A stretch of 64,000 bases of DNA from Candidatus Latescibacterota bacterium (GTDB lineage Bacteria; Latescibacterota; UBA2968; UBA8231), in contig OZ244561.1 in NCBI GenBank assembly GCA_965217585.1, positions 640,001 to 704,000 on the forward strand, written 5' to 3'. The notes below the pieces were generated by a model. The model saw only the letters and a program-made list of their open reading frames with translations. It did not search any database and had not been told where the DNA came from. A program made the position numbers and the translations under genes. This document shows positions 10,251-17,962 of the stretch, piece by piece. How positions within the stretch are numbered: position 1 is the stretch's first letter; each line of letters opens with the position of its first letter.

Positions 10251-10447
10251 CTAGGACGGCCCACCGCTTTCGTTGTTGACTGCCTGCACCAGCGCCCGCA
10301 TATAGGCGATGGAGTACGCGACGCCCACGCGACTTCCTCCGATTATCTCGGGGATATGGTCGGGGATGATGGCCCCGTCGAACTCAACGGCGCGCTGGCG
10401 TACAAGCCGGGGACAGCGCGCAGTGCGTAGGGTCTGTTGGCGGTCAT
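10251..10447 (-). pseudogene. Internally deleted mannonate dehydratase (UxuA-like) remnant
   Basis: ATG 10447 overlaps the upstream gene's TGA and follows AAGGAAGG. In a different frame, 10388-10251 reads VEFDGAIIPDHIPEIIGGSRVGVAYSIAYMRALVQAVNNESGGPS*, matching the UxuA C-terminus. Confidence 0.7.
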
Positions 10448-11232
10448 GGCGTGCCTTCCTTTATCAGTTCTGAGACCGGCTGCGACCTTTCCCAGCGCAG
10501 CGCGATCTCTTGGTCAATGCCGCAAAGCCAGTGCCAAGTGCGGATGCGCCGCACCCGGTCGCGGTAGGATTCGACTTCGGTCGCGTAGGGCAGGCGCGGA
10601 CGATCGCGGTAGGGGGGAATCTCCGCCCCATCGCAGAGCCAGTCTCGCTGTGGCGCGGCCATGCGGTGGTAGGAAAACTTGATCATGCTGCGGGCGCGGT
10701 CGTTGGTTTTGGGGCCGGCCTTGTGCCAGATGCCATAACGGGTCAGCACCACGGTGCCGGCCGGCACCGTCAGCGAGACTTGGCCGCGGATATCGCCGTA
10801 GTGGGCGATGGCTTCGCGATCGACGGCGCGGCAATGCGAGCCGGGCAGAACCATAGTCGGCCCGTCGGCGAGCGCGACGCTGTGCGGGTAGTAGTAGCAC
10901 TGGAGCTCGACGACATCGTAGCCGCTGCCCGAAAGCCCGTCCGAATGCCAGGTCTGGCCGAAGTGCGGCTCCTTGAAAAAGTGGTGGTGGCCGCCTCGGG
11001 GCACCAAGAAGTCCTCGCCCAAAAGCGAGCGTGCAACCCCGGCGACTTGGGGATGCAGGAGCACCTGGTGAGTGAAGTCGTCCCCAGCGATAAAGGCGTC
11101 GCAATTGCCGGGGGCGAGGTCGTCGCAGCAGCGATTGAAGCGCTCGTTGATGGCGCTTTCGAGGACGACCAAGCCGGAGGCGACAAAGTCCATGACGCCG
11201 TCGTCGTCTAGCGTCGGTCTAATTGGGGACAT
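10444..11232 (-). CDS. Phytanoyl-CoA dioxygenase (PhyH) family Fe(II)/2OG oxygenase
   Basis: WHSD (HxD), GPTMVLPGSH, AGTVVL...IWH, distal R. Confidence 0.85.
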   Translation of the reverse strand: MSPIRPTLDDDGVMDFVASGLVVLESAINERFNRCCDDLAPGNCDAFIAGDDFTHQVLLHPQVAGVARSLLGEDFLVPRGGHHHFFKEPHFGQTWHSDGLSGSGYDVVELQCYYYPHSVALADGPTMVLPGSHCRAVDREAIAHYGDIRGQVSLTVPAGTVVLTRYGIWHKAGPKTNDRARSMIKFSYHRMAAPQRDWLCDGAEIPPYRDRPRLPYATEVESYRDRVRRIRTWHWLCGIDQEIALRWERSQPVSELIKEGTP

Positions 11233-11240
11233 AGTTTCTC

Positions 11241-11600
11241 CTAAACGAATTTTTCGAGCACGAACTCATAGCCGAGGTAGTCGTTGTCCTGGCCCTCGTA
11301 CGCGTAGAGCTTGGCGATGGGAAACTGTACCACGCGCCAGCCATCGGCCACGGCCGCGAGCACCGACTCATAGGGCGGTTCGTCTCGGGGCAGGGTCGGC
11401 ATTTGCGGCTGGGTAGCGTCGTACAAGGCCCAGCTAGCGAGCGGCGAGCGCATATTGGTCGATTTGGCGTAGAGGTAGAGGACCTGCTGGCGAGGCTCGG
11501 CGAGCAAGGCACCGAGGCGGTCGAGATCCGCGGCGGTAATCGCCTCGGTGCGGAGCTTGTCCCGGCAGTGTGCCAACCAGTCTTTTACAGCTTCGTGCAT
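11241..11600 (-). CDS. Small hypothetical protein co-transcribed with PhyH
   Basis: AGGAG RBS before ATG 11600; 8 nt gap to the PhyH start; motifs RQQVLYLY, PPYESVLAAVADGWRVVQFP, YEFVLEK. Confidence 0.7.
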   Translation of the reverse strand: MHEAVKDWLAHCRDKLRTEAITAADLDRLGALLAEPRQQVLYLYAKSTNMRSPLASWALYDATQPQMPTLPRDEPPYESVLAAVADGWRVVQFPIAKLYAYEGQDNDYLGYEFVLEKFV

Positions 11601-11671
11601 ATAGGCTCCTGATAGCGTCGGCGGCATAAGAAAGCGTCCCCATTTAGCGCGGTCAACAAGCGGCGGGGTGC

Positions 11672-12694
11672 CTAGTAATCAACCACCACTTTTATGGTTT
11701 GAGGCTGGAGCGCTGCGTCGAAACCGGCGACCAAGTCGGGAAAGGTGACGCACTGCGAGATGAGGGGGTCGAGGTCTAACTGCCGCCGCGCCAACAGATC
11801 GAGGGCTTGGGAAAATACGTGGGCAAAGCGGAAGGAGCCGCGGACGGTCAATTCCTTTTGCATGACCAAGTTGACCGGCAGTTCAATCGGGCCGCCCTGG
11901 ACGCCCAACTGCACGATGGTGCCACCGGCCTTGCAGTGCGCGTACGCGGCTTGCAGGGCGGCCGGAGCACCGGAGGCTTCCATGACCACATCGCTGCCCG
12001 CGCTCGCTGCCCGCGCCATGGCCGCCGGATCGTCGGCGCGCACGGGCTGATCGGCCCACAGCGACGACGCCAAGTCGAGTGCACTTTGGCGAATATCGCT
12101 GACGGCGAGATGGGCCGCTCCGTAGTGCCGAGCGACTAGGCCGATGAGCTGGCCGATGGGACCAGCACCGGTCACCAGTACGCGCTTGCCAGCAATGCCC
12201 CCCGCTTGGCCGACGCCGTGGACGGCAATGGATAGCGGTTCAAGTAGGGCCGCTTGACGATAGTCCATTGCGGCAGGCAGCGGATGGCAGTTGTGCGCAT
12301 GGACTTGCACGTATTCGCGGAACGAGCCGTCTTGGGGTGGGCTACAGGCAGCAGAGCCGAAGTAGCGCATCTGCGGGCAGAGGTTGTAGCGGCCCTGACG
12401 GCAGTGAGCGCATCTGCGGCAGGGGTGGGACGGGTCAATGGCCACTCGGCTGCCCATCGGCAGCACGTCTGCGAAAGCCCCCGCATCGACGACTTCCCCG
12501 GCCGACTCGTGCCCGAGGACAAAGGGGCGCTCCGGGACGAAATCGCCGTTTCTGCCGTGTACATAGTAATGCAGGTCCGAGCCACAGATGCCAGTGGCGC
12601 GAATCTGCACCAAGACCTCGTCTGCGGCGATCTGCGGCCGGTCGATTTCCGCGGCTCGCAGGTCGCGAGCGCCGTGTAGGTAAAAGGCTCGCAT
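11672..12694 (-). CDS. Zn-dependent sugar/sugar-acid dehydrogenase (L-idonate 5-dehydrogenase / sorbitol dehydrogenase-like)
   Basis: GICGSDLHYY, LGHESAG, CxxCxxCx7C, EPLSIAVH, GAGPIG, GSFRF. Confidence 0.85.
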   Translation of the reverse strand: MRAFYLHGARDLRAAEIDRPQIAADEVLVQIRATGICGSDLHYYVHGRNGDFVPERPFVLGHESAGEVVDAGAFADVLPMGSRVAIDPSHPCRRCAHCRQGRYNLCPQMRYFGSAACSPPQDGSFREYVQVHAHNCHPLPAAMDYRQAALLEPLSIAVHGVGQAGGIAGKRVLVTGAGPIGQLIGLVARHYGAAHLAVSDIRQSALDLASSLWADQPVRADDPAAMARAASAGSDVVMEASGAPAALQAAYAHCKAGGTIVQLGVQGGPIELPVNLVMQKELTVRGSFRFAHVFSQALDLLARRQLDLDPLISQCVTFPDLVAGFDAALQPQTIKVVVDY

Positions 12695-12830
12695 GAAGCG
12701 GATAGTAGCGGCCAAAATAAGGCGCGTCAAGGGAAAGAGCTAGCCATGGCGAAAGTTGCCTGCCGCAGGCGTTGTGCGTACTGTGCAGGCACCCTGTTAA
12801 CAGCTCATCCCATCAGAAAGGGGACCTGCC

Positions 12831-13802
12831 GTGAAACTCGGCCTCAAGTTCAGCCTCGACGCGCTCAGCAAAGAAAACCTGCAATTCGCCCAACAGATGG
12901 GCGTCACGCACATCGTCGTCCACAGCCCCCGCCTCGGCAACGAGGGCGTCCTCGATTACTTCGAATTGTTGCGGATGAAAAAATTCATCGACTCGTTCGG
13001 CTTGGAGCTGTGCGCCATCGAGAACTTGCCCGGCGACCACATGCACCCCATCACCCACGCGACGCCAGAGCGCGACGCCCAGTTGGCGAAAGTTTGCACA
13101 TCCATTGAAAACATGGGGAAAATCGGCATCCCGGTCCTCGGCTACTACTTCAGCTTGGCCGGCGTCTCCGGCCACTGGCGCGCGTACGACAGTGGCGGCG
13201 GACGCGGTGGGGCTGGACTTAAAAGCTTCGATTACAGCTTAGTCAAGGACGCGCCGCCGATTGTTGATGAGTCGGTCTCGGTCGCCGAGATGTGGGAGCG
13301 ATTGGCCTATTTTCTCGAACGAGTAGTGCCCGTCGCCGAAAACGCCGGGGTCAAACTCGCCGCCCACCAAGACGACCCCCCGGCCGAAACCCTCTTCGGC
13401 ACGGGGCGGCTCTTGACCAACCACGACGCCATGCAGCGGTTGATTGACCTCGTGCCCAGTCCTAGCAATGGGCTGGAGTTTTGTCAGGGAACGGTGGCAG
13501 AAATGGGGCCGGACGAGACGATCTCAGCCGTGCGCCGCTTCGCCGCACAGGGCAAGATATTCTACGTGCATTTCCGCAATGTGCGCGGCGGCTTCCCCAA
13601 ATTCGACGAGGTCTTTATCGACGAGGGAGACGTCAACATGATCGCCGCGCTCAAAGCCTATCGCGACGCTGACTACGACGGAATCATCACGCCCGACCAC
13701 ACGCCCCGCGTAATCGGCGACGAGCCGTACGGACACCGGGGTCGAGCTTTCGCCCTAGGGTACATTCGCGCCGGAATGCAGGCGCTGGAATTGCTGGATT
13801 AG
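12831..13802 (+). CDS. uxuA: Mannonate dehydratase (UxuA) family
   Basis: FLERVVPVAENAGVKLAAHQDDPP, NGLEFCQG, IFYVHFRNV, FIDEGDVNM, PDHTP, AFALGYI. Confidence 0.85.
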   Translation: MKLGLKFSLDALSKENLQFAQQMGVTHIVVHSPRLGNEGVLDYFELLRMKKFIDSFGLELCAIENLPGDHMHPITHATPERDAQLAKVCTSIENMGKIGIPVLGYYFSLAGVSGHWRAYDSGGGRGGAGLKSFDYSLVKDAPPIVDESVSVAEMWERLAYFLERVVPVAENAGVKLAAHQDDPPAETLFGTGRLLTNHDAMQRLIDLVPSPSNGLEFCQGTVAEMGPDETISAVRRFAAQGKIFYVHFRNVRGGFPKFDEVFIDEGDVNMIAALKAYRDADYDGIITPDHTPRVIGDEPYGHRGRAFALGYIRAGMQALELLD

Positions 13803-13823
13803 TGGGAAGGGGTGAGGGTCTAG

Positions 13824-13911
13824 TGGTGCCGAGGGCCGGACTCGAACCGGCACGTCCTAAGCGGACAGTGGATTTTAAGTCCACCGCGTCTACCAATTCC
13901 GCCACCCCGGC
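13824..13911 (-). tRNA. tRNA-Leu(TAA)
   Basis: GCCGGGGTGGCGGAATTGGTAGACGCGGTGGACTTAAAATCCAC...GGTTCGAGTCCGGCCCTCGGCACCA; long variable arm. Confidence 0.96.
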
Positions 13912-13926
13912 GCACAGATAAAAAAA

Positions 13927-14000
13927 TGGAGGCGACGCCCGGAATCGAACCGGGGATAAGGGCTTTGCAGGCCCCTGCCTTACCACTTGGCCACGTCGCC
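13927..14000 (-). tRNA. tRNA-Cys(GCA)
   Basis: GGCGACGTGGCCAAGTGGTAAGGCAGGGGCCTGCAAAGCCCTTATCCCCGGTTCGATTCCGGGCGTCGCCTCCA. Confidence 0.96.
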
Positions 14001-14015
14001 TCAAACAAGGGTTTG

Positions 14016-14044
14016 AAGGTACGCGGCGGGTAGGCCCCTGTCAA
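14016..14044 (-). promoter_or_regulatory. Sigma70-type promoter for tRNA-Cys/Leu
   Basis: TTGACA (14044-14039), 17 nt spacer, TACCTT (14021-14016). Confidence 0.65.
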
Positions 14045-14095
14045 CCTGTCTGCCGCCCGCTTGCGCTATGTGTTCCGAGCCAAGAATAGGTTACA

Positions 14096-14128
14096 CCTCG
14101 ACCATGGAGCGACCAAAGCCGACCGCAC
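14096..14128 (+). repeat. 33-bp degenerate copy of thyA 5' coding sequence (14214-14246)
   Basis: cctcgaccatggagcgaccaaagccgaccgcac vs cctcgaccacggcgcggccaaagccgaccgcac; 3 mismatches. Confidence 0.85.
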
Positions 14129-14136
14129 AAACGCCT

Positions 14137-14164
14137 TTGACACGGTGCGAAAAACCGCTAAAAT
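14137..14164 (+). promoter_or_regulatory. Sigma70-type promoter for thyA
   Basis: TTGACA, 16 nt spacer, TAAAAT, 17 nt before the ATG. Confidence 0.6.
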
Positions 14165-14181
14165 AAAAAAGAGCTTTCACC

Positions 14182-14973
14182 ATGCGACAATACCTCGACC
14201 TAGTAAGCCATTGCCTCGACCACGGCGCGGCCAAAGCCGACCGCACGGGTGTCGGCACCCTCGCCATCTTCGGCTATCAGATGCGCTTTGATCTCGCGGA
14301 TGATTTCCCCTGCCTGACCACCAAAAAGCTGCATTTGCGCTCCATCATCCACGAACTCTTGTGGTTCCTCAAGGGCGACACCAACACGGCCTATTTGCAA
14401 AAAGAAAACGTCAGCATCTGGGACGAATGGGCCGATGAAAACGGCGACCTCGGCCCCATCTACGGCAAGCAGTGGCGCGAGTGGTCAACCCCGGACGGCC
14501 CCATCGACCAAATTCAACGCGCCATTGATCTGATTAAGACTAATCCCGATTCACGCCGCATCCTCGTCAGCGCGTGGAACGTCAGCGAGTTGGAGCAAAT
14601 GGCCCTCATGCCCTGCCACTGCCTGTTCCAGTTTTTCGTCGCCCGCGGTCGGCTTTCCTGCCAGCTCTATCAACGCTCTTGCGACGTGGGGCTTGGCGTG
14701 CCGTTCAACATCGCCAGCTACAGCCTGCTGACCATGATGATGGCCCAAGTCTGCGGCTTGCAGCCCGGGGAATTCGTCTGGACCGGCGGCGACGTCCATA
14801 TCTATCAGAACCACATCGCCGCGCTGCGGCAACAACTCGCCCGCACCCCCCGGCCACAGCCGGTGATGACCATTAAAAATCGCGGCCAGTCGATTGCCGA
14901 CTTCCGCTACGACGACTTCAAACTGCTCAACTACCATCCCCATCCCTCCATCCCCATGGAAATCGCCGTCTGA
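14182..14973 (+). CDS. thyA: Thymidylate synthase
   Basis: [31 protein letters not shown] catalytic motif, YQRSCD, PFNIASY. Confidence 0.98.
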   Translation: MRQYLDLVSHCLDHGAAKADRTGVGTLAIFGYQMRFDLADDFPCLTTKKLHLRSIIHELLWFLKGDTNTAYLQKENVSIWDEWADENGDLGPIYGKQWREWSTPDGPIDQIQRAIDLIKTNPDSRRILVSAWNVSELEQMALMPCHCLFQFFVARGRLSCQLYQRSCDVGLGVPFNIASYSLLTMMMAQVCGLQPGEFVWTGGDVHIYQNHIAALRQQLARTPRPQPVMTIKNRGQSIADFRYDDFKLLNYHPHPSIPMEIAV

Positions 14974-14982
14974 CGGGCCTGT

Positions 14983-15073
14983 TTGCACCGACCATGTCGT
15001 GCCCGTTGGGCGGGTGAAGCGGTCGGCGGATACAGCCTTGCACCGACCATTCAGTCGGCGGATACAGCCTTGC
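14983..15073. repeat. Interleaved short direct repeats in the thyA 3' intergenic region
   Basis: gtcggcggatacagccttgc at 15022 and 15054; ttgcaccgaccat at 14983 and 15038. Confidence 0.75.
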
Positions 15074-15430
15074 TCAATCTTTGTTCAGGACCTTCACCTG
15101 CGGATGTGCAGCATCTATGGTCCAAGCCCCAATCTGCCCGTCCCCGTCCAAGTCGGCCCGCACCACCAACCAGAACCCATCGGTGACGGGCCATAACTCC
15201 CAAGCATGGCCCTCTACCCGCCACCAAGTGCGCCGCAACTTCTCGTCATTTGGGTCAAAGTAGCGGCCGTGCTCGGCAAAATAGGCATTTTCGACCAAGT
15301 AGAGTTGCTCTAACCGCGCCTCCAATTGGATCAAGCGCTGCTCATCAGGGGTCAAGCGAGAAAAATGCACAACCCCCAGCCCTATGAGCACCAAGACCAA
15401 AAGCGTCAACTCGATCAGTCTCAGCGGCAT
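15074..15430 (-). CDS. Small membrane-anchored protein, type IV pilin-like
   Basis: LIEL followed by a hydrophobic helix; ENAYFAEHGRY and ADLDGDG...WTID are reminiscent of pilins; overlaps the upstream gene's stop. Confidence 0.55.
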   Translation of the reverse strand: MPLRLIELTLLVLVLIGLGVVHFSRLTPDEQRLIQLEARLEQLYLVENAYFAEHGRYFDPNDEKLRRTWWRVEGHAWELWPVTDGFWLVVRADLDGDGQIGAWTIDAAHPQVKVLNKD

Positions 15431-16983
15431 GGGATAACTACCTCCTCGACGATTTGGCCCGCGTCTAAGTCAATCGGCTCGCCATAGCGTCCATAAGGCT
15501 CAGCATAGCGAAGGGGGCTGAGCGAGCCGCTGCCGTGCTCTCCGTCGCCATCGCGATCTACAAACGCCCACAGCGAGTAGGTGCCAGCCAGCAGGCCCTC
15601 CAGAGCGAACTGCCCATCTTCATCGGTCCACTCGGCGTACGTCCGCCCGTCCTCGTTGAAGGCCGCGACCCGGACGCGACCCATTTCCCCGGCCTGCACC
15701 TGCCCCTGAATCGCCGCGGTCTCCGCGCCGACCGCGAACGAGAGCGCGAGCAGGCTGTCGGCGAGGCCATTGCCGGCCCGGTCCACGAGCCGAGCGGCTG
15801 GCCCCGCGAGCCGATACGCACCCGGTGCCAGCGGTTCGGCGGGAGCAAAGCGGGCGCAGTTGGGCGCTGGCCACAGCCAATCCCCGGCTAATGATTGCGT
15901 CGAATCGCTCTCCGTCCAAAACCCTTCCAACGCGGCCGGCTCCATAGCTTCAGAAAAAAGCAAGTCCAGAGCATCGCTTGGGGTCAGTCGATTCCGCGCC
16001 AGCGCGACGAAAGAGGGCGGCTTGCGGTCGGGTCGCGCACTGCCGCGAACGGGCGCGTCCCACTGCACGGGCGCACCGGCGAGCGCAAGCTGTACAGCAT
16101 AGTGCCGGCCCGGCTCTTGCGCTGCCGTCTCGACGTAAATTTTCCCCTCTGCATCAGGGGCCGCGGACAGCGATTCCACCGCCAGCCCAGCGACTTCCAG
16201 CTCTAAATCTTGCGGATCCACAGCCTCGGTAAACAGCAACATCAGCCGCTCGGCGTGTATGGCTTGGACCCGCTTGAGCACGGGCGCGAGCATCTGTCGG
16301 CGCACGAGAGCCAAATCGCCAGCCAGCACCTCTTCCTCCCCCACTTCCACAGAGGACGCCGGCAGGGCTAGCCACTCGTCGGCATCTGGCAGGGCGTTGC
16401 GGTTTTTGTCCCTAAAGGCCAGCACCCCATAGTGCCCCGGAGCGAGGCGGGTAAACTCGTAGTCTCCGTCGGTGCCACTCTGCGTCTGATAGGACGGTTC
16501 GTCCAATCCTACCTCCCCGCTAAAGGTTCCCAAGTCATAGGCCCAAATATGGACACCGGCCACGGGTTGATGGTCTTGGTACACCCGGCCCCGAACCAAA
16601 CCCTGATCGAGCTGTGAGCCAGTGGCAAAAGCCAAGGTAAAGGAGTTCGCCAAGGCATTGCCCCGCAGATCTCGTGCCCCGGTACCCACCGTCAGCACAT
16701 AGGTCCGCTCCTCGGCCAAGGGCATGGCAATGCGTAGCCGCGGGCCGCGCCACGAGAGTTGCAACGGCCCGGCCGGTGATGTGAAAATAGCGGCTTCGGT
16801 CTGCTCGCGGCTCATGGGTTCGCTGAAGACGATCTCCACTTCGGTATCCCGCGCCACTTCCAAAGCGTCGCTCTCTGGGTAGTGAGACAGAATGCGGGGC
16901 GGCTGTTTGTCCACCGGCCCTCCGGTGGGGGGGCCGACTTTGGCACAACCCCACAACAGCGCGACCAAGACGCTAATCAGCAC
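15421..16983 (-). CDS. Lipoprotein with Ig-like (Big_5) domains
   Basis: LLWGC lipobox, PTGGPVDKQPP, IVFSEPM, DLRGNAL, repeated beta-sandwich units with GxFxLxxLxxGxY. Confidence 0.8.
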   Translation of the reverse strand: MLISVLVALLWGCAKVGPPTGGPVDKQPPRILSHYPESDALEVARDTEVEIVFSEPMSREQTEAAIFTSPAGPLQLSWRGPRLRIAMPLAEERTYVLTVGTGARDLRGNALANSFTLAFATGSQLDQGLVRGRVYQDHQPVAGVHIWAYDLGTFSGEVGLDEPSYQTQSGTDGDYEFTRLAPGHYGVLAFRDKNRNALPDADEWLALPASSVEVGEEEVLAGDLALVRRQMLAPVLKRVQAIHAERLMLLFTEAVDPQDLELEVAGLAVESLSAAPDAEGKIYVETAAQEPGRHYAVQLALAGAPVQWDAPVRGSARPDRKPPSFVALARNRLTPSDALDLLFSEAMEPAALEGFWTESDSTQSLAGDWLWPAPNCARFAPAEPLAPGAYRLAGPAARLVDRAGNGLADSLLALSFAVGAETAAIQGQVQAGEMGRVRVAAFNEDGRTYAEWTDEDGQFALEGLLAGTYSLWAFVDRDGDGEHGSGSLSPLRYAEPYGRYGEPIDLDAGQIVEEVVIPCR

Positions 16984-17944
16984 CGTGCGGGTGGGCCTCG
17001 GCGTAGATGGCTTGCAGGTGCTCCAAGCTCACTTCGGTATAGCTCTGAGTCGCGGCCAACGTCGCGTGCCCGAGAAGCTCCTTAACGGCCACCAAGTCGG
17101 CACCAGCGTCGAGGAGGTGGGCGGCAAAGGAGTGGCGCAGGCGATGCGGGCTGAGCGAATCGTCTTCGGAGACTGCGCGCAGATGGCGCTCGACGATGCG
17201 TTGCACGGTGCGGCGGCTCAAGCGCTTGCCGCGCCCGTTGAGGAAGAGGGCACCGGCTTCTACTTGGGACATATCGCATTCGAGCAGAACCTCGGCGCGG
17301 CGTTGCAGATACGCTTTGAGAGCCTCTTGTGCCTTCGCACCGATGGGAGCGAGGCGCTCCTTGCGGCCCTTGCCCATCACCTTGATGGTGCCTTCGCCCA
17401 GATCCAGCGACGAGAGGTTGAGCGCCAATAGCTCTCCGAGGCGAATCCCCCCTCCGTAGAACACCTCTAGAATGGCCCGATCCCGCACGCCACTGAACCG
17501 CTCGGTCGAAGGGGCTTCCATAGCCTCGGCGACCTGTTCTACGGGCAGGTGCCGCGGCAATGCACGCTCGACTAAGGGCGATGCCACCGCACCAGCCGGG
17601 TTGGCGACGAGCGCGCCCTCGCGACAGAGATAGCGGAAGAGCGAGCGCAGGGCCGCCAACTTGCGGGCGACGGTACTGGCCTTGAGGCCCTTTTCCTCTA
17701 GGTCGGCGACAAAGGACTGCACCTGCTCGTGCTGCACCACTCGGAGCGGCAGTTGCAAATTATCGACTCGCGGGTAGAGAAAGCGGGCGAATTGCTGCAA
17801 GTCGCAGCAATATGAACTGAGGGTGTACTCGGCGCAGTTGCGCTCTTTGTGCAGGTATTCCAAGAAGCGGGCAATGCCCTCTTCGAGGCTGGATCCGGCG
17901 TGCAGAGCGCTCTGCGGTGCATCGGCCATGGCGTAGCGAGCCAA
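16973..17944 (-). CDS. xerC: Tyrosine recombinase XerC/XerD-like
   Basis: R (GIRLGEL), K (GKGRKER), HRLRH, LLGH and TQSY catalytic residues; directly downstream of topA. Confidence 0.85.
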   Translation of the reverse strand: MARYAMADAPQSALHAGSSLEEGIARFLEYLHKERNCAEYTLSSYCCDLQQFARFLYPRVDNLQLPLRVVQHEQVQSFVADLEEKGLKASTVARKLAALRSLFRYLCREGALVANPAGAVASPLVERALPRHLPVEQVAEAMEAPSTERFSGVRDRAILEVFYGGGIRLGELLALNLSSLDLGEGTIKVMGKGRKERLAPIGAKAQEALKAYLQRRAEVLLECDMSQVEAGALFLNGRGKRLSRRTVQRIVERHLRAVSEDDSLSPHRLRHSFAAHLLDAGADLVAVKELLGHATLAATQSYTEVSLEHLQAIYAEAHPHGAD

Positions 17945-17962
17945 GGAGGAAAGAATGAATAC

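Noticed and set aside
16973-17944. Tyrosine recombinase as a prophage or island integrase
   Set aside because: Size, motifs and position downstream of topA fit housekeeping XerC; no phage genes or att sites.
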